Assembly: GCA_951406725.2 (NCBI GenBank)
Contig: OX597814.1
Location: forward strand, 45,942,001 to 46,006,000
From: Octopus vulgaris
Lineage: Eukaryota
Direction: 5' to 3'
DNA: 64,000 bases
A program made the translations under genes and the position numbers. Under the pieces are notes generated by a model. That model did no database searches, was not told where the DNA came from, and saw nothing but the letters and a program-made list of their open reading frames with translations. This document shows positions 24,901-34,060 of the stretch, piece by piece (the first letter of the stretch is position 1; each line of letters opens with the position of its first letter).

Positions 24901-27469
24901 AATACATACGTAAAATGCTGTATTCCCACTCACAAATTCTGCCTTGCTTCCTTCTCTACCCTCCTTTAGCCAAACTCTAGCATGGTGCATTTCAATGACT
25001 GAAGCCAATGATGAAGTATGCATATACATTTATGCATATGCATAGAATTTCTTTGATATACTCTTTTCATATTTTTCTCTGGAGTTCTCTGATGTCTGAG
25101 ACTAACATTATATAAACATTTTTATCATAAAGAATATAACTAAGAGAAATGATTATAATTATATAAAATAATGAATAAAAAAATTAAACTAAAATTTTTG
25201 GTAAGAAAACCATAACAATCTGAAGGCAACTGAAAACTAAACTATTACAGAAAATACATAAACCATAGATGAAGATTTTATAAGAAATATATTACCTGTT
25301 AATTCTTCCAATTTTCTTGTTTGAATAAGACGAGCTTTCTCAACATCAACTTGCCTAGGTTCACATTTCTCACAGAAGTAAGAGTCAGGGATGTTATTCC
25401 TGACTCCCATACAGTCAATATGTTGCCAAACACTAAAAATATAAAAAATATAACATGCAAAATATTTGAAGAATAAAAATTAAATTATCAAGACAAATCA
25501 AATAAAAATATGAATATCAAATATAAAACACTAATGATATTTATATGATTACATTAAATTACATTTTTTTTAGCAACTATATATTCTTGAAGAGAAAATA
25601 AAAACAAAACCCACCTGCATTTATCACAGCATATCATATACCCATCATCATGCTGAAGTTCACATATACACCTTGTTATACTATCTTCAGTATCAACATC
25701 CTTTTCTTTAACAGCAGGCACAGAGGAGACATCAATTTCCAAATGGCCATTAATCTTGGATGATGGTGGTGGTTGTGTTGGCAGAGGAGGAGGTGATTGG
25801 GGTGGTGTGGGAGGTGGTGGGGCAACATAGTTATGGTCCTAGATAAATAGATAAAATAATCAATCATATTCGCAAGGCTAAAAAATAGGAATAAATAAAA
25901 TGTGCACAAATGAGGAAATTATATGGCAATTTAAACTTTCATGAAAGATGACTGTGCTAATACAAACAGGACATACATATAGTTAAAAAAAAAACCCTAT
26001 TACATAGCAGTGATAGGCAACTATATTAACCCTTTAGCATTCAAACTGGCCACATCCGGCTTAAATATTCAACCTGTTTTATGTTTAAACCAGTTAGATG
26101 CAACCTCTCACATCTACCCTACATGTCCTAAAAATAAGCAGTCATATCATGAAAATCTCAAAGCTGCATGATTAATTTAAAACAATGTGAATAAGCGTTA
26201 AATTTGACAGAATAATCTGAATGCTAAAGGTTAAAAATTTTTCCAGAAAAACCATGTAGAAGTAGAGTGACCAAGTGTATCATACTAAATATTCACATGT
26301 TATGGGTTCAAATTCACTGCAGATATGTTGCAGTGTTTTGGACTGAACACTCTATGATATGTCATAGTCTACTCGCCAAAATATATATACCAAATTGTAT
26401 GGGAGTGCTGCCTGATATATATATATATCTGCCATGTGCTTTCATATAAAAGTGGAGTTAATTCTCAGGAATGCCTAAGGTTTAAAGTGTGTTCTAAATT
26501 TCTAAGCAAAAAGTCAGATTTGGGATACAGAATTTAGATTAATAAAAAGATGATGTACTTCTAATTAAATCATAACTAAAAAAATATCAACTGTTTTGTT
26601 TCCCTACTTACTTTAGATGTATATTGAGAGCTTGTTAACAAGCAATTATATCTCCAAACCACTAAATGCAAGGATATTACTGAATTGAATTGTGTAATTT
26701 CATAATCTGTTTAACATAAAATCACATAAAACAGTAAATAATTAACAGAAAAATGAATTTTTATTTACTTCAGACACCTATATTTATATTTTGACAAATA
26801 TAAATTATCCCAAATAGAACAGTACCAATAATCTTACCGAGTGCTATTGAAGTCAATAGGATAAAATATATTATGCTTCAGGATTTTCCTAAGTAAACAG
26901 TGTGAACTCACTAACATCAAAAGTTTTTTTATTCTAAATGATAAAAAGAAAAGAATTACCAATTTAACTTGATAAGGAAGTCCAAAACATCTAGCATAAG
27001 CTTCTGGAGGTGGATAATTTGGATCCTCTTGAGTTGTAGCTGCTGCACAAACAGCTTCTCTAGATTCAGGACTGAAATAAATAGACTAATTGTAACAAAA
27101 GTACAGCAAAAAATTCATCTTTAATTATATGTTTTAGGAGATTTGCATAACATAATTTGAAACAAAATTAGCTGAAAATCTATTTGTATAAATTACATCA
27201 GTATACAATCTAGGAGGAGTTATTGTTAACTTGATTAAGTCAAAAGCTATACAGGGTAAACATTTTCTACAAATCTCCCTTAAGCTTATAAAGCATCAAA
27301 ACAAATCTAAAAGCTAACCCTGTTGTTTAATGTTTTCTTTGCTGCTTTTTTTGTTTTGTAAATTATATTAAATTATTATTTGTTAATCATAAACTTACTG
27401 AATACCAGCAGCCATTTTGACAGCTGCAGATGCAGGTGCAATAAGTTCCTGGCGGGCTACCAAGCTCAT
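5741..27469 (-). CDS. KMT2E: KMT2E/MLL5-like PHD finger + catalytically degenerate SET domain protein, multi-exon, 3' partial (23 coding exons in window, 1508 codons)
   Basis: Manually spliced GT-AG exons join in frame. They give MLL5 hallmark motifs in order: [82 protein letters not shown], post-[43 protein letters not shown]|. The PHD finger favours KMT2E over SETD5. Confidence 0.95.
6966..7194. mobile_element. piggyBac-type MITE, copy 1
   Basis: TTAA-CCCTTTAGTGTTT ... AAACACTAAAGGG-TTAA: TIRs with TTAA target duplication. Confidence 0.85.
7329..7844. mobile_element. Fold-back non-autonomous retroelement: two head-to-head units of tRNA-like head + (AAT)n + Penelope-type hammerhead motif
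   Basis: Arms 7347-7577 and 7590-7816 are near reverse complements; A box TGGCGTAGTG 7592, B box GTTCAATTCC 7637-7646; flanking direct repeat aaat(g/a)ttggaatgtgt at 7329-7344 and 7829-7844. Confidence 0.8.
7392..7437 (-). ncRNA. Minimal type I hammerhead ribozyme-like motif (C3U core variant)
   Basis: GACAC-TTGATGA-A-GGCT-(12 nt)-AGCC-GAAA-CGTT-GTGTT: stem I, core, stem II, GAAA, loop-less helix III. Confidence 0.6.
7866..8074 (-). CDS. KMT2E: KMT2E coding exon 22
   Basis: [15 protein letters not shown] conserved motif; phase 1 to 0. Confidence 0.92.
8181..8331 (-). CDS. KMT2E: KMT2E coding exon 21
   Basis: RWLRQAM completes conserved KKRWLxQA motif. Confidence 0.92.
8779..8979 (-). CDS. 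KMT2E: KMT2E coding exon 20
   Basis: MSEWLEGK...GSAKK; gtaagt donor. Confidence 0.9.
9146..9482 (-). CDS. KMT2E: KMT2E coding exon 19
   Basis: RSRVNSGG...FKFKTKK; inside ORF 9116-9505. Confidence 0.9.
9669..9704 (-). CDS. KMT2E: KMT2E coding exon 18 (36 nt, [11 protein letters not shown])
   Basis: tttcag acceptor, AAG|gtattt donor, symmetric phase 2. Confidence 0.75.
9839..9921 (-). CDS. KMT2E: KMT2E coding exon 17
   Basis: ttacag acceptor, gtaagc donor; ESPEDEEK...KPPST; phase 0 to 2. Confidence 0.85.
10728..10856 (-). CDS. KMT2E: KMT2E coding exon 16 (conserved helix)
   Basis: [31 protein letters not shown], conserved in MLL5/SETD5/UpSET. Confidence 0.95.
11381..11938 (-). CDS. KMT2E: KMT2E coding exon 15 (Ser/Pro/Ala-rich)
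   Basis: 186 open codons; ttctag acceptor, ATG|gtaagt donor; ends PPRKM before TREERK. Confidence 0.9.
13400..14040 (-). mobile_element. Decayed RTE-clade LINE fragment
   Basis: Minus translation [30 protein letters not shown] resembles the Cys-rich insert downstream of RT in some RTE elements. Confidence 0.55.
14909..15119 (-). CDS. KMT2E: KMT2E coding exon 14 (Thr/Ala-rich)
   Basis: tttcag acceptor, AAG|gtatgg donor, inside ORF 14897-15178. Confidence 0.88.
15209..15289 (-). CDS. KMT2E: KMT2E coding exon 13 (post-SET Cys cluster)
   Basis: [15 protein letters not shown]; phase 2 to 2. Confidence 0.9.
15860..15969 (-). CDS. KMT2E: KMT2E coding exon 12 (SET C-terminus)
   Basis: MRHLLHQG...[19 protein letters not shown]; gtgagt donor. 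Confidence 0.95.
17041..17158 (-). CDS. KMT2E: KMT2E coding exon 11 (SET)
   Basis: [37 protein letters not shown]. Confidence 0.95.
17293..17393 (-). CDS. KMT2E: KMT2E coding exon 10 (SET)
   Basis: [25 protein letters not shown]-terminal motif. Confidence 0.93.
17892..17969 (-). CDS. KMT2E: KMT2E coding exon 9 (start of SET)
   Basis: ttgcag acceptor, gtaagt donor; ...LQKNKK leads into GLQATE. Confidence 0.87.
18274..18391 (-). CDS. KMT2E: KMT2E coding exon 8
   Basis: tttttag acceptor, ATG|gtaagt donor; SMVQEHEK...KVNGQM. Confidence 0.85.
18518..18591 (-). CDS. KMT2E: KMT2E coding exon 7
   Basis: ttcttag acceptor, gtaagt donor, phase 0 to 2 required for frame. Confidence 0.82.
18691..18729 (-). 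CDS. KMT2E: KMT2E coding exon 6 (39 nt, [13 protein letters not shown])
   Basis: tgtag acceptor, AAG|gtaagt donor, symmetric phase 0. Confidence 0.75.
19364..19545 (-). CDS. KMT2E: KMT2E coding exon 5 (DTSATDTD, Lys-rich)
   Basis: DTSAT matches MLL5; basic NLS-like stretch; phase 1 to 0. Confidence 0.92.
20589..20654 (-). CDS. KMT2E: Candidate alternative cassette exon of KMT2E (66 nt, [22 protein letters not shown])
   Basis: Pyrimidine-rich acceptor ctcttttaactgtttcag, donor G|gtaaga, length multiple of 3, stop-free in the phase-1 frame of the flanking exons. Confidence 0.6.
24249..24873 (+). repeat. ~84-bp direct duplication 540 bp apart (24249-24332 / 24789-24873)
   Basis: atcaggaaaagactcaaacacttccaatatacaccaat.cattttgaagtcattaaaaaaat.tggcactaggta in both copies. 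Confidence 0.9.
25296..25432 (-). CDS. KMT2E: KMT2E coding exon 4 (PHD C-half)
   Basis: [40 protein letters not shown]; phase 2 to 1. Confidence 0.95.
25615..25838 (-). CDS. KMT2E: KMT2E coding exon 3 (DHNY HCF-1 motif, Pro-rich, PHD N-half)
   Basis: [13 protein letters not shown]...[20 protein letters not shown]; AG/GT boundaries. Confidence 0.95.
26026..26234. mobile_element. piggyBac-type MITE, copy 2 (opposite orientation to copy 1)
   Basis: TTAA-CCCTTTAGCATTC ... GAATGCTAAAGG-TTAA; interior is reverse-complement-similar to 6966-7194. Confidence 0.8.
26969..27071 (-). CDS. KMT2E: KMT2E coding exon 2 (PESREAV...CFGLPYQ)
   Basis: tttcag acceptor, phase 2 to 0; PES and GLPY match MLL5; alternative in-frame donor ends exon at 26960. 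Confidence 0.88.
27399..27469 (-). CDS. KMT2E: KMT2E coding exon 1 ([23 protein letters not shown]); exon extends as 5'UTR to acceptor at 27552
   Basis: Acceptor tttacag at 27553-27559, donor gtaagt below 27399; start resembles vertebrate MSIV...MAAG N-terminus. Confidence 0.85.
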
Positions 27470-27540
27470 GATGATAGCTTGATATTCTGCTCTGAATATA
27501 GGAGAATGTGCAAGGAGCCTGACTTCTTTTTTCTTTGCAT
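27466..27540 (-). promoter_or_regulatory. 24-codon upstream ORF in KMT2E 5'UTR, stop overlapping main ATG
   Basis: GCC-ATG at 27540, [27 protein letters not shown] within ATGA at 27469-27466. Confidence 0.6.
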
Positions 27541-27628
27541 GGCACACCCCACCTGTAAATGGAACATATAAATTTGTTTTACTTATAAATTAAATTGAAC
27601 AAAAAATGAACATGGCATTAATTAAAAC

Positions 27629-27760
27629 AAGGGCTGTGGAGTCGAAACAAAAAACTTCAACTCCGACTCCTCTATGTAATTAAGTGATTGTGGTCTATTT
27701 TACCGACTCCAACTCCAGCTACCCCTTAATTGTTTCTGAATCCAACTCCACACAGCCCTG
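27629..27760. mobile_element. hAT-type MITE
   Basis: Imperfect TIRs AGGGCTGTGGAGTCG / ACTCCACACAGCCCTG, internal CTCCGA/CTCCAA repeats, 8-bp TSD ATTAAAAC at 27621-27628 and 27761-27768. Confidence 0.8.
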
Positions 27761-27999
27761 ATTAAAACTCAAAGAGATTCAATTTATTATAGTAGAAAGT
27801 GGAAAAAAGAAAATGGTTTATTTACATCAGTGGTATTTCCACCAGAAACATGAACAGTAATTAGCTAAAAAACAATCAAAACAAAGCAAAAAAAAAAGGC
27901 ACATATAAGGAGACACTAAGAGTGATCTAAAATTTGTGAAAAACTGATTTATATGTATTATAAAATTTGCAACTCTTCAAATAGATAAAATTTTTATTT

Positions 28000-28197
28000 T
28001 GGCTATATCCAACCCAAATAGTCTACCTGCATTACACTCAAATCAGCCAGATCCCATCTATTACACTAACCCCAAAATGTCATTCTAAAAATATACAGTC
28101 AGGTCATCAAAGTCTTGAAGCTACAAGATAATACATGATCATTCAAGAATAAACAAGCATTACATTTGATAAAATAATCTGAATGCTAAAGGGTTAA
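28000..28197. mobile_element. piggyBac-type MITE, copy 3 (left end decayed)
   Basis: Ends AATAATCTGAATGCTAAAGGG-TTAA, same right end as copy 2. Confidence 0.7.
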
Positions 28198-28489
28198 TAT
28201 ATCTAATCCTACAGATAGTCACTGATCCCCAAAACATATGCTGCAAGACAATAGTAAATGTGAGAACAAAAGATTTTTAACTGTAGCAACTTTCTTTAGA
28301 ATTTACATAAACCCAAATGGGTTTATTTATATCATTGCGACATGTACTGATGGAACAATAACATACACTACCCAAAGGATCAGTTTTGACCTTCACACTC
28401 CTAAACAACAACCTATTTGTTGTCACCAACAACACCACCACCAACACCTTATGTAGATGGTACCCTCTTGCATTTCTCCATAACATTCT

Positions 28490-29100
28490 GCAACCAAATG
28501 TCATCTACAAGTTAATACTTGAAGCCAACCTGCACCGACTCCATGATCAGGGACCTTGAACATATATTCCAATGGAGTTATGTCAACCTTGCCTCAAGAG
28601 CACAAAGAAACAATAACTACACATGTAGAGAAAACACTGCACCCTACCTCTCTGAATATGAATAGCTTGCAACTAGAGCTCACCAAGTCACTGTAAGTGC
28701 TAGGTTTCACTATCACTGACAATCTCTCAGTAAAAACTGTCCTACCATTGCAGAGACATAAATTCCTTCAGTCTTGGTCAACTATTAACCCACTACCAAG
28801 CTAAAGTGAGACCCAAAATAGAACACTGCTCTCACATCTATTGTATGCAGACTTCCTAAACTACATCCAAAGAAAGGCCATCCAACAAACTGCTTTCTTT
28901 CTTTAACACTTCTATCACAACCATTATGGCTTCTGCTCCTCAGAGTTTGTTAGTCTTGTACTGCATTCATTCATGCATGCTTGACTCATTCACCTCTCTA
29001 GTCACCCATATTGTGTCCACTATCCTAGGCCCACTATAAACTACTATGCGTAGTTCCCCCCTCCCTTAAAAATTCCCCCCTTGCAACCATTCAAGAAAAA
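28490..29100 (+). mobile_element. Decayed CR1/Jockey-group LINE 3' fragment
   Basis: AKVRPKIEHCSHI resembles post-RT motif YKAQ.RP.LEYCSH.W; many stops. Confidence 0.55.
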
Positions 29101-29535
29101 CAGTAAGCTGAGCTGAGAAAAAGAAACATGTTTACTGCTGAAAATGGTAAATTATTCAGGCACCACAAATTGATTTGTGATAATTTAAAAATAATGACAC
29201 ACATAACAAAATTTTAAGGTAGAGAAAAGCAGAGACAGGAGTGTGTTGGTGAGTGATTTTATGCCAATTAGCCAGGTATTTTATTTTTTATGCAGTACAG
29301 GCAGCACCATCTCAGATGTGTGGGCAGTATTCCACTATGTGTCTCATTTAAACTTTGCAGAAAGTTATTTAACTACAAAGAGTAATTTTCTGGTCTTGAA
29401 GAAGCAAGCTGATCTTAGCTGTGCTAAGGATATAAGATCTCCAAGAGAGATCACCAGTGATGGTGACTCTAGCATATAGCAATTTTGGGGGCTTTCATTT
29501 CATGTTGTTCATGTTAAAGATGGGCACGAGATTGT

Positions 29536-29587
<52 letters not shown>

Positions 29588-30392
29588 ACTTATAAACAAG
29601 GGCAAAAGAAAAAATTCCAATGCCAAATATGCTGAAAATAGACTTAATTGTCAATAACCATATAATTTGTTTATAAGTTGTTTATAAATTTAACCTTTAA
29701 AGGTTATTTTTTTAATATGCTGGCCATTGATAAAATTTTTTTCGAAAATTTTATCCTATATTATTTATATATATATATATATATATTGTGATTGTGTCCT
29801 TGTGCTATTGAATGAGACATGGATGACAATACTTTTAGAGATGTTTCTGCAGTCTATATTCATAAAAACAATGTAGATTTAGTATGATGTCTGAGTTTAG
29901 ATGATACCTGGAAGAAGGATAAGGAAGAGCGATGAGTGATACCATCAGTTTAGAAGTATTGTTGGCAGTGGTAGTCAGTATATTGTGATTTACAAGTGAT
30001 GAATTAATTACTTTTACAGTCCTTTGTCTTTAGCACATCATCCCTCAGAAATTCCCAACCATCCTATATTTTTCTTGCAAGCTGTCAACCTGCAATCATT
30101 TATGAACATCAGTCACATTGATTACACTAGTTTTTTAGAATCTGCAAAAGCCTTTTTTTTTTCAGACTTAACAATACACACACATGAAGGATTTGAAGTA
30201 AGAAAACAAAAGCTGAAAGAACCCTTGGCTAGTCTTGGATAGAGAGAGATTGTAGCTGATGATAAGGACAAGTAGGAAAGCAAATGGAGGAGCAGAGAGA
30301 AAATGGGGAGTTTTTATGACAGCCTGTTGAAGGCTGGAGATCTAGTTTGTGGCTGATGCATTGTTCCAGTGTAACATATGATGTGGTAGTGA

Positions 30393-30474
30393 AATAGTAC
30401 TGTAGATAGTGCCATAATAGTACCGAAGATAGTGCCATAATAGTACCGAAGATAGTGTCATAATAGTACTGTAG
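30393..30474 (+). repeat. 23-bp minisatellite, ~3.5 copies
   Basis: Unit aatagtaccgaagatagtgccat. Confidence 0.9.
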
Positions 30475-30479
30475 TGAGT

Positions 30480-30920
30480 AGCGATTTTCTTCACTACTTC
30501 AGGGAGTGACAACTCTGCCTGACACGTGTCCCGGGCTCAGCTGGCTCCAGCTGACAGTACTCGGTATGGGCCCCTATCCAGGGTTATGGAAAGGAGACAA
30601 CCTTCAAAGAAATCTGGAGTGGAGCCCCTGCAACCAAGCTAGTGCCGAACGTAATGCTCTGCACTCCTTTGGACAATGTCAGCAAGGTCGAGAGAGAAAA
30701 GGAGATGCACAAGTGCACTGCTTCTTAAATATTTTTCTTTAAATATCATCTTTTATTTTACTAATACTTTACCAACCCCTCTTGCTACAACTGAACAAGA
30801 TTAAATACACCACAAAATTTGCTGCTAAGAAGATGATCACTAAAAAGACTACTAGCACAGAAATCCTTCTATCAATATGGAATGTCAAAACAACATTTGA
30901 AGCAATTAATATTACCAGCT
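30480..30920 (+). mobile_element. Probable 5'UTR and endonuclease start of an RTE-clade LINE
   Basis: GC-richer leader followed by SIWNVKTTFEA (~30870), like the APE-domain start TWNVRT. Confidence 0.45.
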
Positions 30921-31059
30921 GATTCACACTCAGAATAAAAATTGAAACTATTTTTGAAAATCAGAGCAACTAAAAGATACATCCATTACTCCTCTACAGT
31001 CCCTTGTACTCCTATAAAGTTTTTCACTGGCACCCCCTGGAAGGAGGTCCCACTCATTT

Positions 31060-32130
31060 TAAGAAGAATTGCACTAGGGAAAGGAAATTACAGAGGTACA
31101 AATTGATGGGCCTAGTTACCAAAGTTGCATAAAGAGTTACAGATCAGTTGATTAGAATTAACCTTGAAATACAAACTGGCGCCGTGCCAGGAAAAGAGCT
31201 TAGTTAAGAGTAAGCTACTGTAATTAGCATTTGCAGACCCGTAGAATGCTTTTGGAAGGGTTCCACACTCTGTAATCTGTTGGTACCTAAAGAGGTTAGG
31301 AGTAGGGGATTAGCTGGTGACTGCTGTACAAACCATGTAGAGAGCTATCATCAGCAAGGTGAGAATAAGCAGTGAGTATAGCAACAAATTTAGCTTGAAG
31401 GTAGGGGTTATCCAATCCTCTAAGCCATAACAGAAGAATTTAAGATTGGTTGTCCATGAAAACTATATGTTGAAATGACCTTGTTTTCATAACTCAATCT
31501 GTAATAGGATTAGAAAGGAAATTCCATACTTTACTAGCAAAACCTAGATCAAGAGGCCTCAAAGAAAACTTAGCAAAGATTAGTTAGGAATTTCACACAG
31601 TATACCCAGTGTAAAGTATGGACATACAAGATGTAATGGAATCAAAGATTCACAAAGGTAATAAGCAGAAGGGAAACATTATTTCAAGTGCTCAGAAGGC
31701 TCCCTAGCAGTAGCTGATATCTTCTGTTACTTAGGTGACCTAATTATCAGTGGAGGTGGGTGTTCCTAAAGTATAGTAGTAATAACAGGCTGGAAAAAAG
31801 TTGTAGTACTGCTCAAAAATGAAAACAATTTGGCATGCTCAGGTTGGCATGTAATATTAGAGTGTATGAATAATTAATAGAAATGAGCTGAGAGTAATCT
31901 GATGTAGTATACAAGAGAGAAGACTGCACAGGCAATGCATATAGAGGATTACACTATTAAGAAATGCAGGATGCTCAGAGTTGATGGAACATGTGGAAGA
32001 GAGAAGTCTAGGAAGACTTGAGATAAAGAGGTGAAGACTGATCTAAAGGTTCTGAGCCTCACAAAGATGATAAATGACTGACATGATTGGCTACATGAAT
32101 GCTAGAGAACACTTGCAAACATGGAAAAAC
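31060..32130 (+). mobile_element. Decayed RTE-clade LINE (RT to 3' end)
   Basis: QEKSLVKSKLL*LAFADP*NAFGRVPHSVICWYLKRLGV = degenerate FVDLEKAFDRVP; FCYLGDL; C-terminal GREKSRKT. Confidence 0.8.
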
Positions 32131-33559
32131 AACATCGTTTTCTGTCTATGCTATCAGTGTATTTGCAGATGGCACTAGATCTTTCAATTCATGCATCTCT
32201 CTGACACTTTGCTACTCCAGTACCATGCTATCTTTGAAATAAGTAATACAACTGGATCTATCTGTTTTTGATCCTCCCTTGCCACCATCCTCACCACTCT
32301 ACCTACCTTTCCCACCATGAGGTCTAAGTATAAAATATAGGATCAGAGCTGTTTGTACTTGATACACTCTTCCATCACTTAATTTACAATTGTCTACCTT
32401 CTATTATCATTCTCTCTCCCCTTTCACCTTCATCACTCCACCTAACAAATGGATACATCATACAGTAGAGAGGAAGAAAACTCAAAAAGCATGAAAAGAG
32501 CATGACATCAGTTTTAGTTCTTTACAACCTGCACCTTCCCATTAACAATAAAATATTATTAACCACAATGTAAAATAGCATAAAATTTGCACTGAACTAC
32601 CTAGAACTCCAATTATACTGTGAAGTGTGTGAATTATGAGAAGCTGGTATGCAACAAAAGGAAGAGTTTCAGAGTTTGTGCATGTGTGTGTGCATGAATG
32701 AATGAGAGAGCTTTTGCAATTGATAAGTTTGATGTAGTACTCTGGTCTTGGTGGAGTCATGATGAAGGTTTAGATCTAGATGGATCAGACTATTATAGAT
32801 AAATGTCTTGTTGTTAGGAATGACAGTGCTTTCTATCTGTATTAAGGATGTAGTTAACATTTGAAGATTATCCCTTAAAATAACAGTAAAGAAACAAACT
32901 TAATACATAAAACTAGAACTCAATTTTATTGCTTATTGAATTCTGGGTGCTGCCAGTAGTTTGGAACTTGAGCTCTGACAAATAAACGGAAAATAATATT
33001 CTCTCGCAGAGATCAAGCAACTAGCTGTCTGGATGAGAGGTGATAACTATCATAATACTACCTCCATCATTTTTCTTAAAAAAGAAAAGGAAAAAACTAT
33101 CTTCATAATTTTTTGCCTTACATGCATCATTTATTGAAATCATTTTCAGTAAGTTATCAAATAAAAAAAAAAAAGACCCCCTCCCCCGATATTCATAAAT
33201 CATGGGCCAGCAACATTGCTTTAGTGAATAGGGCTTGTTAGATGCATACTTATCCAGGATAATCTCCCTGCAATATTAGATGCTCAGAAACATCTAACAT
33301 TGCAGAAAAGTATTTTTTTAAAAAATACCATACAGTATTGTATAATAATTGTTCTATACCAAGTGGTAGTAACTGAATGAGGCATTGAAATATGTACATG
33401 ACAGGAAAGTGTTTTTTATTTTCGCCATAACTGAAATATTGCTGGAGACTGCTAACAATTATTGATGAGATATAAGCGTATAGAGCTACGATTATAATAG
33501 CCAATAAAATTGTTTTAATATATAAAGCCTTACTGATGAACTATGTAGTATAATTATTG

Positions 33560-34060
33560 TTAATGTAGATCAGTTCAATCATATGGCATGACATCTCAGA
33601 TGTCTTTTATCATAGCCTTGGATTAAAAATACCTTACGAGAGCAATCTGGAAAATACTTCTTTCAATTCTTTCTACAGTTCTTTTTTTTACATTTTTTGA
33701 AGTGGAGTCTGTCTCTTTTCCCAAGATGGTGATAAGCTTCTTGACTACAGTTGCTGGGCCAGGAGTTGACATCCATCAATAACAGCCTTTGTCATCTTGA
33801 TTTGAATGACCACTTTATGATATCAGTAGAGGCAGTACCTGTTAAAAGGAGCAGGTAATTTGCATTGGTGGGTTCCATGACACCAGTGATTAGGCAGCAG
33901 GCACTATTCAACACTGGGCCAAGTTTTCTTAGCATGGGTTGATTTCCTCCAGTTTCTGTAGGAAACAGTTTCAATCAATTTGGTGTTTCTGACAAGCTCT
34001 TCTAAAGGAGAGAGTGTGGTCTAAGGTTACTAAGGCAGAGTGGGTACAGTGCTCCACCAG
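33560..34060 (-). mobile_element. Decayed non-LTR element fragment (RTE-X-like, post-RT region)
   Basis: KLGPVLNSACCLITGVMEPTNANYLLLLTGTASTDI and upstream VTLDHTL resemble post-RT motifs. Confidence 0.6.

Noticed and set aside
30393-30474. Short regularly repeated units resembling a CRISPR array
   Set aside because: Head-to-tail 23-bp minisatellite with no unique spacers; eukaryotic context, no cas genes
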